Shown here piece after piece: positions 33,778 through 43,835 of a stretch of DNA of 64,000 nt. Both the position numbers and the translations under genes were made by a program. The stretch is from Candidatus Marinacidobacterales bacterium (lineage in GTDB: Bacteria > Acidobacteriota > Vicinamibacteria > Marinacidobacterales > SMYC01). The DNA lies in NCBI GenBank assembly GCA_965224085.1, contig CBDCYI010000005.1, positions 2,176,001 through 2,240,000 of the forward strand, read 5' to 3'. The notes below the pieces were generated by a model. The model ran no database searches. It was not told where the DNA came from and saw only the letters and a list, made by a program, of their open reading frames with translations. Numbering within the stretch: the stretch's first letter is position 1; each line of letters starts with the position of its first letter.

Positions 33778-34753
33778 AACGCTTGTCACGGGCGCGACCG
33801 GATTTCTGGGCACGCACCTGCTGCCGTTTCTCGCGGACGGTGAAGTCCGCGTGCTCGTGCGGGGACGTCGTGCGGTCGAAAACGTCGAGATCATGGAAGG
33901 CTCGATTCTGGACGAAGAGGCGGTCGCGCGCGCGGTCGACGGTGTTACGGAAATCTACCACCTAGCGGGAAAAGTGTCGCGCGACCCCGAAGATGTCCGC
34001 GAGCTCTACCAGGTGCATGTGGAAGGGACGACGCTTCTATGCCGCGCCGCGAAAGCGGCCGGCGTTCAGCGCATCGTGCTCGCCTCGACGAGCGGAACCA
34101 TCGCTGTGACCGAGGACGGCGAAACGTTTCCCGACGAGAGCGCACCGGTCCCGCTTCTGCTCATTGGCGGCTGGCCTTACTACACGAGCAAGCTCTACCA
34201 GGAAGAAGCCGCGAAGCGCGAATGCGAGGGCGGCCCGGAGCTCGTCATTTTGAACCCCAGTCTTCTCCTCGGCCCCGGTGACCAGCGGGTCTCCTCCACT
34301 GAGGATGTCTTGAAGTTTCTAGCCGGCGATATCCCAGTGATCCCGCCCGGTGGCGTGAATTTCGTCGACGCGCGCGACGTCGCGGAAGCGATGCAAAGCG
34401 CGATGCGGCACGGCCAGCCCGGGAATCGCTATCTGCTCGGAGGCCCGAACTGGACTTTCGCGACGTTGCTCGAGCGGCTCGGGCGCATGAGCAAGGTGAA
34501 AGCGCCGAAGCTCAAGCTTCCCGACGCGATCTACGGCTTTGCGGGAAAAGCGGTGGACGCGCTCTATGGCCAGTGGGACATGGCGCCGCCCGTCGATCGC
34601 ATCAGTGTCGAGATGGGCCGGCGCTTCTGGTATCTGGACTGCAGCAAGGCGGAGCGCGAGCTGGGTTTCCGTGCAAGGGATCCGTACGAAACTCTGTATG
34701 ACACCGTCGCCTACATCAAAAAGGAGCTTCTCGGCGAAGCCGTTCTTTCTTGA
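33770..34753 (+). CDS. elbE: NAD-dependent epimerase/dehydratase (ElbE-like)
   Basis: TGATGFLG; YYTSK; NFVDARDVA; overlaps elbD stop (symbol by synteny). Confidence 0.8.
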   Translation: MTKTLVTGATGFLGTHLLPFLADGEVRVLVRGRRAVENVEIMEGSILDEEAVARAVDGVTEIYHLAGKVSRDPEDVRELYQVHVEGTTLLCRAAKAAGVQRIVLASTSGTIAVTEDGETFPDESAPVPLLLIGGWPYYTSKLYQEEAAKRECEGGPELVILNPSLLLGPGDQRVSSTEDVLKFLAGDIPVIPPGGVNFVDARDVAEAMQSAMRHGQPGNRYLLGGPNWTFATLLERLGRMSKVKAPKLKLPDAIYGFAGKAVDALYGQWDMAPPVDRISVEMGRRFWYLDCSKAERELGFRARDPYETLYDTVAYIKKELLGEAVLS

Positions 34754-34783
34754 CCCGCCTACGCCCCTTCGGGCTACGGCGAG
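34751..34783 (+). repeat. REP-like hairpin, copy 1
   Basis: TGACCCGCCTACGCCC-CTTC-GGGCTACGGCGAG. Confidence 0.75.
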
Positions 34784-34795
34784 CGCGAGGGCAGC

Positions 34796-35062
34796 ATGTG
34801 TAGGAATATCAAAACACTCTTCAATTTCGAGCCGCCGGCGACGGCAGAGGAGATCCAGGCCGCGTCGCTTCAGTTCGTGCGCAAGCTGAGCGGTTTCAAC
34901 AAGCCGTCGAAAGTCAACGAAGCCGCTTTCGAGTGCGCCGTCGACGACGTCGCGCGCGTTGCCGAGACGCTTCTCGACGCCCTCGTCACGAAGGCGCCGG
35001 CGCGCGACCGGGAGGTCGAGGCTCAAAGAGCCCGTGCGCGAGCGGCGGCTCGCTTTGGCTGA
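34796..35062 (+). CDS. DUF2277 protein
   Basis: MCRNIKTLFNFEPPAT.EEI.AASLQFVRKLSG. Confidence 0.9.
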   Translation: MCRNIKTLFNFEPPATAEEIQAASLQFVRKLSGFNKPSKVNEAAFECAVDDVARVAETLLDALVTKAPARDREVEAQRARARAAARFG

Positions 35063-35091
35063 CCCGCCTACGCCCGTCGGGCTACGGCGAG
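35060..35091 (+). repeat. REP-like hairpin, copy 2
   Basis: TGACCCGCCTACGCCC-GTC-GGGCTACGGCGAG. Confidence 0.75.
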
Positions 35092-35202
35092 GTGAACCCG
35101 CCTGCGATAGTCAGCTCCCTTGCAGTTGGGCGGCGGCGGTGCTTTTATTAGCGATGTTGCATCGATCTTTTGGAGGGGAGTTCGTTATGACTGGGCTACC
35201 GC

Positions 35203-36089
35203 ATGACTAGGCTACCGCTTCTCGTGCTCGTGACGGTTTCGCTCGGGATGGGCATCGCCGCGGCGGAGGAAATCACGTTCACCAAGGACATCGAGCCCAT
35301 CTTGCAGCGTGAGTGCCAGGACTGTCATCGGTCCGGTCAAATCGCGCCCATGTCCTTCACGACGTACGAAGAGACGCGCCCGTGGGCGCAGTCCATCCGC
35401 GAAGCGGTTTCCCGCCGTGAGATGCCGCCGTGGCACGCGGATGCGAGCCACAACGAGTTCGTGAACGATCGACGTTTGAGCGAAGCGGAGATCGAGACGA
35501 TCGTCAGCTGGGTGGATGGTGGTGCCAAGCACGGGAACCTTGCCGACGCGCCGGCACCGCGCGGCGCATACCGGCCGGCTCGGAGTTGCTGTTCCAAATC
35601 CACTACACGAAGACGGTAGTGTCGAGCTCGATCGGACGAGCATCGGCCTCAAATTCACCGAGAAACCACCGGAGCAGATCGTGCGCGCGTTGGGTGCAAA
35701 ACTACTACTTCACCATCCCGGCGGGAGCGAACGATCACGAAGTCACCGGCTGTTATACCTTCGACAAGGACGTGCACCTCTGCTCCTATTTCCCCCACAT
35801 GCACCTGCGCGGGAAAGACATGACGATGACCGCAATCTTCCCGGACGGGGAAACGAAAACGCTCTTGAGTGTGCGGCGCTACGATTTCACTTGGCAGCAC
35901 ACTTATCTTTTGAAAGAGCCCCTCGCTGTGCCGAGCGGAACACGCATTTTCGTCACGGCGCATTTCGACAACTCCAAACGTAACGCGTTCAACCCGGACC
36001 CGACGGCCACCGTCCGTTGGGGTGATCCGACTTACGATGAGATGATCGATGAGGAGAAGCTGACGGATCCGACCGAGAATCAGCCTTGA
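35203..36089 (+). pseudogene. Cytochrome c / copper-monooxygenase-like secreted protein, internally deleted and frameshifted
   Basis: CQDCH, MPPW; then FQIHY, PHMHLRGK, YDFTWQ, FDNS..N.FNPDP, DEM in other frames; the middle is missing. Confidence 0.8.
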
Positions 36090-36997
36090 GGAAACGGCAT
36101 CCGGATTTTGAGCGCCGCCGGCTCGATCGTGAAACGAGCGGGCAGGCGGCCCGCTGACTCCCCGTCGATTTCGACGAGCAGTTCGCGGGCGGCGTTGACG
36201 GGTCGTGCTAGCAGAGACTCGAGCGAGCCTTGCTCGACCTCGGCAGTGGCCACGTGCGCGCCCCAATAGAGAAGCGGCGCGCGGCTCAGAAGCTTCAACG
36301 TCGGCATTTTCTTGACGAGGACGATCGCTAGCTTGCCGTCGGTAAGCTCAGCTTCGGGCGCCATCTTCATCCCGCCTCCGAAAAAACGCCCGTTGTGGAT
36401 GGACACAGACGTGACGGTCACGCGGCGCGGCGGCCTCCCGTCTACTGAAAGCTCTACGTCGGGATGCTCGAACGATAGCGCGGCCCGCAAGGTCTGGCTC
36501 GCATAGCTTCCCGAAGACCTGCTCGAGCGGTTTACGCGACGGGCAACCTCGGCGCTCAGACCGAACGACGCTGAGTTTACGAAGCTCTGGGACTCGCCTT
36601 CGGAGAAGGTCACACGCCCGACATCGATGGGCGTCGTGCGTCCCAATCGTAGACCGCGGGCCGCGTCCGCTAGCCGGGCCGGAGTCGACAGTGAGCGCGC
36701 GAAGTCACCCCCCGTGCCGTGGGGTAGAACGCCTAGCTCACAGGGAGCGCCTGAGTCCAGGATCCCGCGCGCCGCCTCGGATATCGTCCCGTCCCCACCG
36801 AAAGTGAGCACTAGGCGCCGCCCTCGCTCAGCCTCCTCGCGCGCGAGAGTGGTTGCGTGGCCCGAAGCCTCCGTGAAGCGGCGCTCGAAGGGTCCGAAAT
36901 GAACTCGAATCGTCGCTGCCGCGGAGGGCCAATCGCGAGCTCCGGCGCCGCCTCGCGAGGCTGGATTCACGATGATGAGCGACAAATCGCTGTCCAT
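36080..36997 (-). CDS. Diacylglycerol-kinase family lipid kinase (YegS/DagK-like)
   Basis: IVNPAS; GGDGT; GTGGDFARSL; FFGGGM; IDGE. Confidence 0.92.
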   Translation of the reverse strand: MDSDLSLIIVNPASRGGAGARDWPSAAATIRVHFGPFERRFTEASGHATTLAREEAERGRRLVLTFGGDGTISEAARGILDSGAPCELGVLPHGTGGDFARSLSTPARLADAARGLRLGRTTPIDVGRVTFSEGESQSFVNSASFGLSAEVARRVNRSSRSSGSYASQTLRAALSFEHPDVELSVDGRPPRRVTVTSVSIHNGRFFGGGMKMAPEAELTDGKLAIVLVKKMPTLKLLSRAPLLYWGAHVATAEVEQGSLESLLARPVNAARELLVEIDGESAGRLPARFTIEPAALKIRMPFPQG

Positions 36998-37108
36998 CGC
37001 CGCGATCCTACCAGCTGTCAGTGGTGTTCTAAATTGTGCTAGAGTACCGCTTTCCACGGCGGTCTTTGGAGAAATTCACCGCGATCCGCTTCGAAGCAGG
37101 AGAAGAGT

Positions 37109-37888
37109 TTGGGCGTCAAAGCAAGCACGTTTCCTCAGCCCCCGGGGTTCTGGGAGATGCTGCGTGCTATCGCGGTGGCGCTTTCCAAGTTCGTGGCAGG
37201 GGTCTTTGGTTTTGCGCGGGACAGCATCGCGCGCGGCATTATCCGCGTCGGCATCCCCGTGAACGCGGTCACCCTGACCGGCCCGGTGGCCGTCTCGCTC
37301 ATATTCATGCCCATGTATTTCGGGACCCAGTGGCTCGCGGGCGTCGTTCTCATCGCGGCCGGGGCCTTCGACATGCTCGACGGCGCCGTGGCCCGCATCT
37401 CCCGCGGATCCACGAAGTTCGGCGGCTTTCTGGACTCCGTGACGGACCGCTATACCGACTTCCTGATGCTCTTCGGGATTCTCATGTACCTGCTCCGCTT
37501 CGTGCACGGTCGCGAGCGCTTGCTTTATTTGATTTTATGGGGTGTCACGGCGGCGGGTACGGCGACGACGTCTTACATCCGTGCACGGGCCGAGAACGAG
37601 ATCCCCGAATGCAAAGTGGGTTTCATGGAGCGCGCCGAGCGCACCGTGACCATCATTATCGGCCTCTTGGCGGGGAACGTTCACATAACGCTCTGGATTC
37701 TCGCTTTTTTCAGCACGCTCATCAGCATCCAGAGGATCCTCTACACGCGCTTGATCATGTCGAACCGTGAGCCCAAAGGCCAATTCTGGTATTGGCGCTA
37801 CCCGCGGCTGACCGCCCCCCACTTCACGCTTTGCGCCGCGCTCATCTTGTTCCTTATCATTGGCCACCTCGTCATCCCCCGACCCTAA
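37109..37888 (+). CDS. CDP-alcohol phosphatidyltransferase
   Basis: DMLDGAVAR...FGGFLDSVTDR; SYIRARAE; GFMERAER. Confidence 0.92.
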   Translation: MGVKASTFPQPPGFWEMLRAIAVALSKFVAGVFGFARDSIARGIIRVGIPVNAVTLTGPVAVSLIFMPMYFGTQWLAGVVLIAAGAFDMLDGAVARISRGSTKFGGFLDSVTDRYTDFLMLFGILMYLLRFVHGRERLLYLILWGVTAAGTATTSYIRARAENEIPECKVGFMERAERTVTIIIGLLAGNVHITLWILAFFSTLISIQRILYTRLIMSNREPKGQFWYWRYPRLTAPHFTLCAALILFLIIGHLVIPRP

Positions 37889-37949
37889 AGCAAAAAAAAG
37901 GCGCCCTCCGTCAAGAGGACGCGCTGAAGATGGAGCGAACGCAGCTCGT

Positions 37950-38228
37950 TTACTCGACGTAGCTATAACCGCAGGTCTCGCAAGTCCAAGTGTCGCCTTG
38001 CTTGTACATCAGGGCACCGCATTGCGGGCAAGCGCGCGTTTCTTCTTCCCCCGAATCGTCATCGCCGAAGAGGTCGTCTTTGCTAGGCTCTTCCGGCTCT
38101 TGCTCCTTGTCTTTCGGGTCCTCTTGTTTGGGCTCTTGAGCGCGGGCGAGCTTGCTCACGGCGACGATCCCGGCAATGGCAAAGCCGGAACTCTTCAGAA
38201 AATCGCGGCGGGTGAGTTCTTCTGTCAT
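37950..38228 (-). CDS. Small Tat-exported protein with C-terminal Cys4 metal ribbon
   Basis: TRRDFLK signal ending ARA; acidic linker; CPQCG-x11-CETCG. Confidence 0.7.
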   Translation of the reverse strand: MTEELTRRDFLKSSGFAIAGIVAVSKLARAQEPKQEDPKDKEQEPEEPSKDDLFGDDDSGEEETRACPQCGALMYKQGDTWTCETCGYSYVE

Positions 38229-38332
38229 CGGCTCTTCCAGCTCCGGTAGGTCATAACGATGCCCATTGTACTCTGCCGTGAAGATTTGTGCGCGCGGACC
38301 TCAACCAAGAGTGCGGAGAAGCGACGCGGCTT

Positions 38333-38562
38333 TGCCTTGGTGCACAACTCGCGATCTAGGTCCACAATTGTCCTGTACTCGCGGATACGAGGTTCCCCAT
38401 GAGCATTTTCAAACGCACTCAGCGGAAGTATGTGAAGAAGGCCTATCGCGTGAGGAATTGGCGTGAATATGAGGCGGGTCTACGCAACCGCGGGAGCCTG
38501 ACCGTCTGGGTCTCGCTCACCGCCGGCAAGCTTGTGAACTGGGACGCGCCCCGGCCGAGGAC
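38333..38562 (+). mobile_element. IS5-family (IS903 group) element, left end and transposase N-terminus
   Basis: IR TGCCTTGGTGCACAACTC at 38333; YRVRNWREYEAGLRNRGSLTVW. Confidence 0.85.
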
Positions 38563-38737
38563 CCCGCCGACGAGCGTCGGCGAGCCATTGCTCGCGGCGG
38601 CGCTGCATAGCCTGTTCGTGCGAGAGGAGCTCCGGATTTCGAAGGAGCACCTCGCGCCGCACCGAGCCGATGCCCTCGACGAAGACGAGTTCGTCTCCGT
38701 TCATGCTGCGTCGGGTTCCGGTTTCAAGCCGGGCGGC

Positions 38738-39597
38738 TGCCTTGGTGCACAACTCCGATAGAGGCCGAGAGCTCGCTTGGCCCCGACTCCCATCATCCGA
38801 TCATCTCGCTATCAGGCATCCCGAGCGCCGTCATGGTGTTGAGAATCTTGCACCCGATCCTTGCCTCGACTCTCTGTGCCGCCAACCCTCTCGCTCGCAT
38901 TGCTGAGCCCACGATAGCCTTGTAGCGATGGAACGTTGTCTCGACTTTGCTCCGTTTGCTGTAGCCCGATTCTGTGTGCCACTTTCGTTTGCCGAGCCGA
39001 GCTTGTGCTGCAATGTTGCGATTGCGCTGTCGGCTGCTCGCCGGCCCCGATGCGAGCTGGGCGCCCTTGCGCGGCGGTATCAGCACCCTCGGCGAGCGAT
39101 GAGCGCTGTGATTCTCGATTGCCTCATAGACGCCGCTGGCGTCGTATGCGGTGTCAGCTCTGGCCGATGAGATGGGACTGTCGCTCTGTCCGACAAGCGA
39201 TGCAACCCGCGATGAATCGCGGGCTCTTTTGCTCGTCAGCTCGCCGGCGACGACTTCGCCAGTCTGCTCGTCGACACACAGATGGAGCTTGCGATAGTCC
39301 CTACTATTTGGTGCTCTGCGCAGCTGGCCGGCGTGGACAGCGAGACCGCTGCTGTCGATCAAGATGTGCAACGGCGTCTTCTGCTTGTCTTGGTAGAAGG
39401 GGACCTTACCCAGCTTCGCCTTGCGCCTCGAGATCGTGGTGTGATCGGGCACATCATTGTCTAGCTTCATCAGAGCGAACAACGATCGCAGCAATCCCTC
39501 GCTCTGCCTAGATGACAGATGAAACACCATGCCCAGGGTGACAGCCGTCTCGATGGCGTGGTTCGAATACTTGCGTTGACGGCCCGGTTTCCTCCTA
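38738..39597 (-). mobile_element. IS5-family element, remainder of transposase and right end (inverted)
   Basis: PGRQRKYS; PDHTTISRR; IDSSG; YRKLHLCVD; ADTAYD; YSKRSKVET; same 18-bp IR at 38738. Confidence 0.9.
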
Positions 39598-39632
39598 GCG
39601 CGAGAAGGCCGAGCTCGAGGAAGACGAGCGAG

Positions 39633-40118
39633 GGTACTGTCAAGTTGAGGCCGTGTCTGGCAAACTTGGCCGATGAAAAGCGACACGCCGAGCTACCACG
39701 GATATCGATTTCCGCCCGAGATCATCAGCCACGGCGTATGGCTGTATCATCGATTCTGTCTGAGCTTCCGGGACGTTGAGGATTTGCTGGCGCAGCGTGG
39801 CGTCACGGTTTCATATGAAGCCATCCGACTGGCACTTGGACGAGGTCTTCGTCACGATTCAAGGCCGGCGTCAATATCTCTGGCGTGCCGTTGATTTAGA
39901 TGGTGACGTGATCGATATTCTCGTCCAGCCTCGCCGTGATCGGAGAGCTGCCAAACGCTTCTTCCGCAAGCTGTTGAAGGGGCAAGGCAGCGAGCCTCGG
40001 CGGTTGCTCACAGACAAGCTGAGAAGCTATGGTGCGGCGCACCGGACGGTGATGCCTTCCGTCGTTCATAGCACCAATCAGTACGAGAACAATCGCGCCG
40101 AAGTCTCGCATCAGCCGA
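39633..40118 (+). mobile_element. IS6-family remnant with internal deletion and 3' truncation
   Basis: IR GGTACTGTCAAGTTGA; YRFPPEIISH; WHLDEVF; YLWRAVD; NNRAEVSHQPT. Confidence 0.9.
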
Positions 40119-40285
40119 CGCTGGTGGCGGTCCGCGGCGCCGGCTCCACCCGGACGGGCCGTTTCATCGAGTACAAACAGCCCACGAACCTCGCCAACTT
40201 GCACTTGTCGCTTCTGCAGCGCCTGGGACTAGAGACCGAGGAGTTCGGAACGAGCGACGGCAGCCTAGCCGAGCTCGACGTTGAG
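40119..40285 (+). pseudogene. C-terminal fragment of a DUF1552-like protein
   Basis: TGRFIEY...NLANLHLSLLQRLG...FGTSDGSL. Confidence 0.55.
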
Positions 40286-40578
40286 CGATCTGCGATCACG
40301 ACGTCCCGAAACGCTTCGGGCTCTAACGCGCATCTGGCGCGTCGCGCTACTCCGAGACGCGGCGGGCTTTAATCGTTCAAGATGCACTAGGGTGGTCCTG
40401 CCGATGCGCGAGGACGGACGCCTTCACGTGAACGGTAAGACGGATACTTGGAGGGTGCCTCGCATTCCCCCGCTGAGCTCTGCCAGAATGCTGTGATGCG
40501 AATGACGAGAACGCCCTGGCTTGACAATCCGGACCGTCCTCGCCCTCTCCGTCTCGGGTTTCTTGTACACCCTCCACT

Positions 40579-40916
40579 TCACGGGTTGCTGAGTTGTCGG
40601 TCGCCTCGCCACAATGCTCGACCTCCGAAAAGGATCGCACGCCCCCAAGAGCCCGTCCGAAAGTGGCTTCCTGAAAGAACAGCATCGTTCCACGCGAAAC
40701 AGCGGCGACGCAACTTGAGCAGATCGAGCGGAAGCTCACGGGCGGCGAATGATTGCTCAAGGACGCGAATCGATTCCTTTTCGAGCATGGTCACATTGCG
40801 GCTCAAATTGGATGCGTGCCGCCGGTAGAGGACGAGAGACTCCCCGATATAGGCAAGCTCCGTCTTGAGCCCGGAGTCGAACCAGCAAATCCCAGTCCGC
40901 GGACATCGCCAAATTC
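40579..40916 (-). pseudogene. GT2 glycosyltransferase C-terminal fragment
   Basis: LAMSADWDLLVRL then (frameshift) AYIGESLVLYRRHASNLS. Confidence 0.6.
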
Positions 40917-42050
40917 TACCCGGGGAACACAGGGGATCCGACGACACTGCCGGATCAAGTACAAAAGCTTCGTGAGCGTTTTGAGCTTCAACAGGTGGTG
41001 CTGGTTGGTGACCGGGGCTTGCTCACTCAGACTCAGATTAAGGCTCTAAGGCAATACCCAGGACTTGGCTGGATCTCAGCCTTGCGTTCGACAGCGATTC
41101 GCAAACTACTGGACACGGAGTGTTTGCAGCTGTCGCTGTTCGACCAAAAAAACCTGGCGGAGATCACTTCTATTGATTTTCCCGGTGAGCGACTGATTGC
41201 TTGCTACAACCCTCTGCTGGCCGAAGAGAGGCGAAGGAAGCGCCAGGCCCTGCTTGAAGCGACCGAGGCCAAGTTCGACAAGATCCGCCGACAGGTTGCC
41301 CGGCGAACGAAAACTCCTTTGGACAAAGCTGAAATTGGCAAGAAGGTCGGAAAGGTGCTCAACCATTACAAAGTGGGCAAGCACTTCACACTGAAGATCG
41401 AAGATAGCCTTTTTAGCTACAGCAGACGCGAGGAAAGCATTCGCCGAGAATCGGAACGCGACGGCATCTACGTAATCCGCACCAGCGAGCCGCTTGAGCA
41501 TCTCTCGGCCGAGGACACCGTGCGCAGCTACAAGCGGCTCTCTCAGGTTGAACAAGCCTTTCGTTGTTTGAAGGGCATCGACCTGTTAGTACGACCCATC
41601 CGCCATCGCGATGCCCAACGCGTGCGGGCACACATCTTCTTGTGCTTGCTCGCCTACTATGTGCAATGGCACATGAAAAAGGCCCTTGCTCCACTACTTT
41701 TCGTCGACGAGCAACTTGACGCCGACCGCGAGACCCGAGACCCCGTCTTGCCAGCTCTGCCCTCGACTTCGGCCAAAAACAAAAAGAGCGTCCGTCGCAC
41801 ATCTGACGGATTACCTATTCACAGTTTCCCCACGCTTCTTGCCGAGCTTGCTACCCGCAGTCTCAACCTTTGCCAACTCAAAGCCGACCCGACCGCTCCA
41901 CCATTCCAGATGGTGACCGAAGCCAACTCAACACAACAACGCGCAATGCAACTGCTCGGTTTGTTCCCAGTGCCGGGAAACCTTCCCTGATGAAAAACTC
42001 CACGCGTTCAATACATTACGTCTGGCCTAAGCCGGGAACTTCCGACTAAG
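40917..42050 (+). mobile_element. IS1634-family (IS4 superfamily) transposase, 5'-truncated
   Basis: YPGNTGDP...VLVGDRG; ERLIACYNP; DGIYVIRT; YKRLSQVEQAFR; RVRAHIFLCLLAY. Confidence 0.88.
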
Positions 42051-42184
42051 AAACAAGCGCCGGCACTCGGACGAGCGATTAGTCGGTCGAGCTCGGCCAT
42101 AGGCCGCCTACGAGACGATCAAAGATATCCAAATCTTGCGACGGTAACGCGATGTTGGCACGGGAGTATTCGTCGGCGCCGCCG

Positions 42185-43147
42185 CTACCCGTCCGCTTGC
42201 AACACGGGTCTGGGCACTCCTTTCTTTGTCTTTCTTTCCACTAGATCGTTGGCGAATAATTCGCTGTACTCTTTGAGACATTCCTTCCAATCGCGCATGA
42301 CGTTCATACCGCGCGCGGTAAGCTTCATGTTGACGAGTCTTTCATGGGTAGGTCGTGGAGCGAAGTATTCGGACTCGAAAAAGTCGGAAGATACTCTATG
42401 AACCTCAATCTCATCTTTCAATCCCAACAGGCGGACGAATTCCAAAGCTACCTCGTATCGGCTACACGCGTCTCCGCACACCTGGTTGTATAAACCATAC
42501 AAGCCGCTCTCCAGCAGGAGCTGCATGCCGTGGGCGAAATCTACTGTGTATGTCGGCGCTCCGAATTTGTCATCCACCACATCTAGCCGACGCTTACCGT
42601 CGAGAAGCTGCTTGTATATTTTGTTGATGAACTTTTTGTCTTTCTCAGGACCGCCTCCCATCATCCACCCTGGCCGAAGGACGTAGTGCTTACGCACCTG
42701 TTGACGAATGAAAACCTCGCCATAATATTTGGACTTCGCGTAGCAACCCATTGGATTTGGCTCTTCGAAATCGTTGTAGGTTTCTTGCTCTCCACCAAAC
42801 ACGCCCGCCGACGACATATACACACAAGGAATATCCAATTCGTTTGCGATCAGCCCAAGATTTTCCGCACCCAATGCGTTAGTCAGCCACGCATTTTATG
42901 GCTCTTTCTCACACAACTCTAGGTCAGTGATGGCTGCCAAATTCATGAGAACATGCGGGTCGAACTCCGTGATGGAATTCAATACTTGTGGATAATCCCG
43001 GACGTCGGCGTAACTCAACCACGCTTCATTCACGTCAATATCCGTTGCCTTCACACGAGCAATGGAACTGAATCTTCCATAGACCGCCTCCCCCAACATG
43101 CCGCCGCATCCGGCAATGTAGATCCGTGTTTCCTTTGTGAGGTCCAT
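42185..43147 (-). pseudogene. dTDP-4-dehydrorhamnose reductase (RmlD/RfbD)-like SDR with in-frame TAA at 42896-42898
   Basis: IAGCGGMLG; CEKEP*NAWLTNA; YAKSK; DKFGAPT; APRP; lower GC. Confidence 0.85.
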
Positions 43148-43365
43148 GATCCTCAAAAATTAGGCGGGGGAGCCGGCGCGGCGCGAGTCGTGATCAACGC
43201 GAGCTTGTGCCACGCAACATTCTTGGTGCGTTTGAGCATAGCAACCCCGAAACCAAAGCAGTTCTGGGCGCCGAGGTGTTCAGTTCTGACTTATTAATGG
43301 GATCTATTAATAATTCTAGCGTCGAGGGGTGGTTTGTCAACCTTGGGAAGGACCGCCACTGGGCG

Positions 43366-43787
43366 TTATTTGGGAGGCTGGCCCGATTGGAGAAGTGCCA
43401 CGATCGTCGCGTATTGCCTTGACTGGGCTTCGCCGCTAGCCTCGGCGCAAGCCTTCGAGGGCACGTCGCACACGCCGTAGGCGAGCAAGAGTCGCACGGC
43501 GTCCCGCTGGCCGTAGCGGGCGGCTAGCTTGACGGCGCGTGCGCCGTCGTCGGCCAATCGAGCTCGGTGCTCGTCTGGTGGAACTCATCGATCATGGCTA
43601 GGCCCCCAACTTCCGCTGCTAGAGCGAGCCGAACCGCGTGGAGCGGCATCTCCACGCCCTCGTCGAAGGGTAGCGGTTCCACGACGTCAGGAGTCTGGAC
43701 TTCCGGGAGGCTCCCCGCATCGAAGCCGCACGAGAGCAGAAAGCTCGCGCAAAGCGTGAGCATGGCCATCCTGAACGAGAACGTCAT
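43366..43787 (-). pseudogene. Ankyrin-like lipoprotein remnant, frameshifted
   Basis: Lipobox-like LLSC; LAARYGQRDAVRLLLAYG in a second frame. Confidence 0.4.
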
Positions 43788-43835
43788 AAACGAGGCGCGA
43801 AGGTCCGCCTTCGAACCTCCGCGCGTCGGAAAAAT

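Noticed and set aside
38333-38755. 18-bp direct repeats as a CRISPR array or att sites
   Set aside because: Only two copies about 400 bp apart; explained as IS terminal repeats after inversion; no cas or integrase gene
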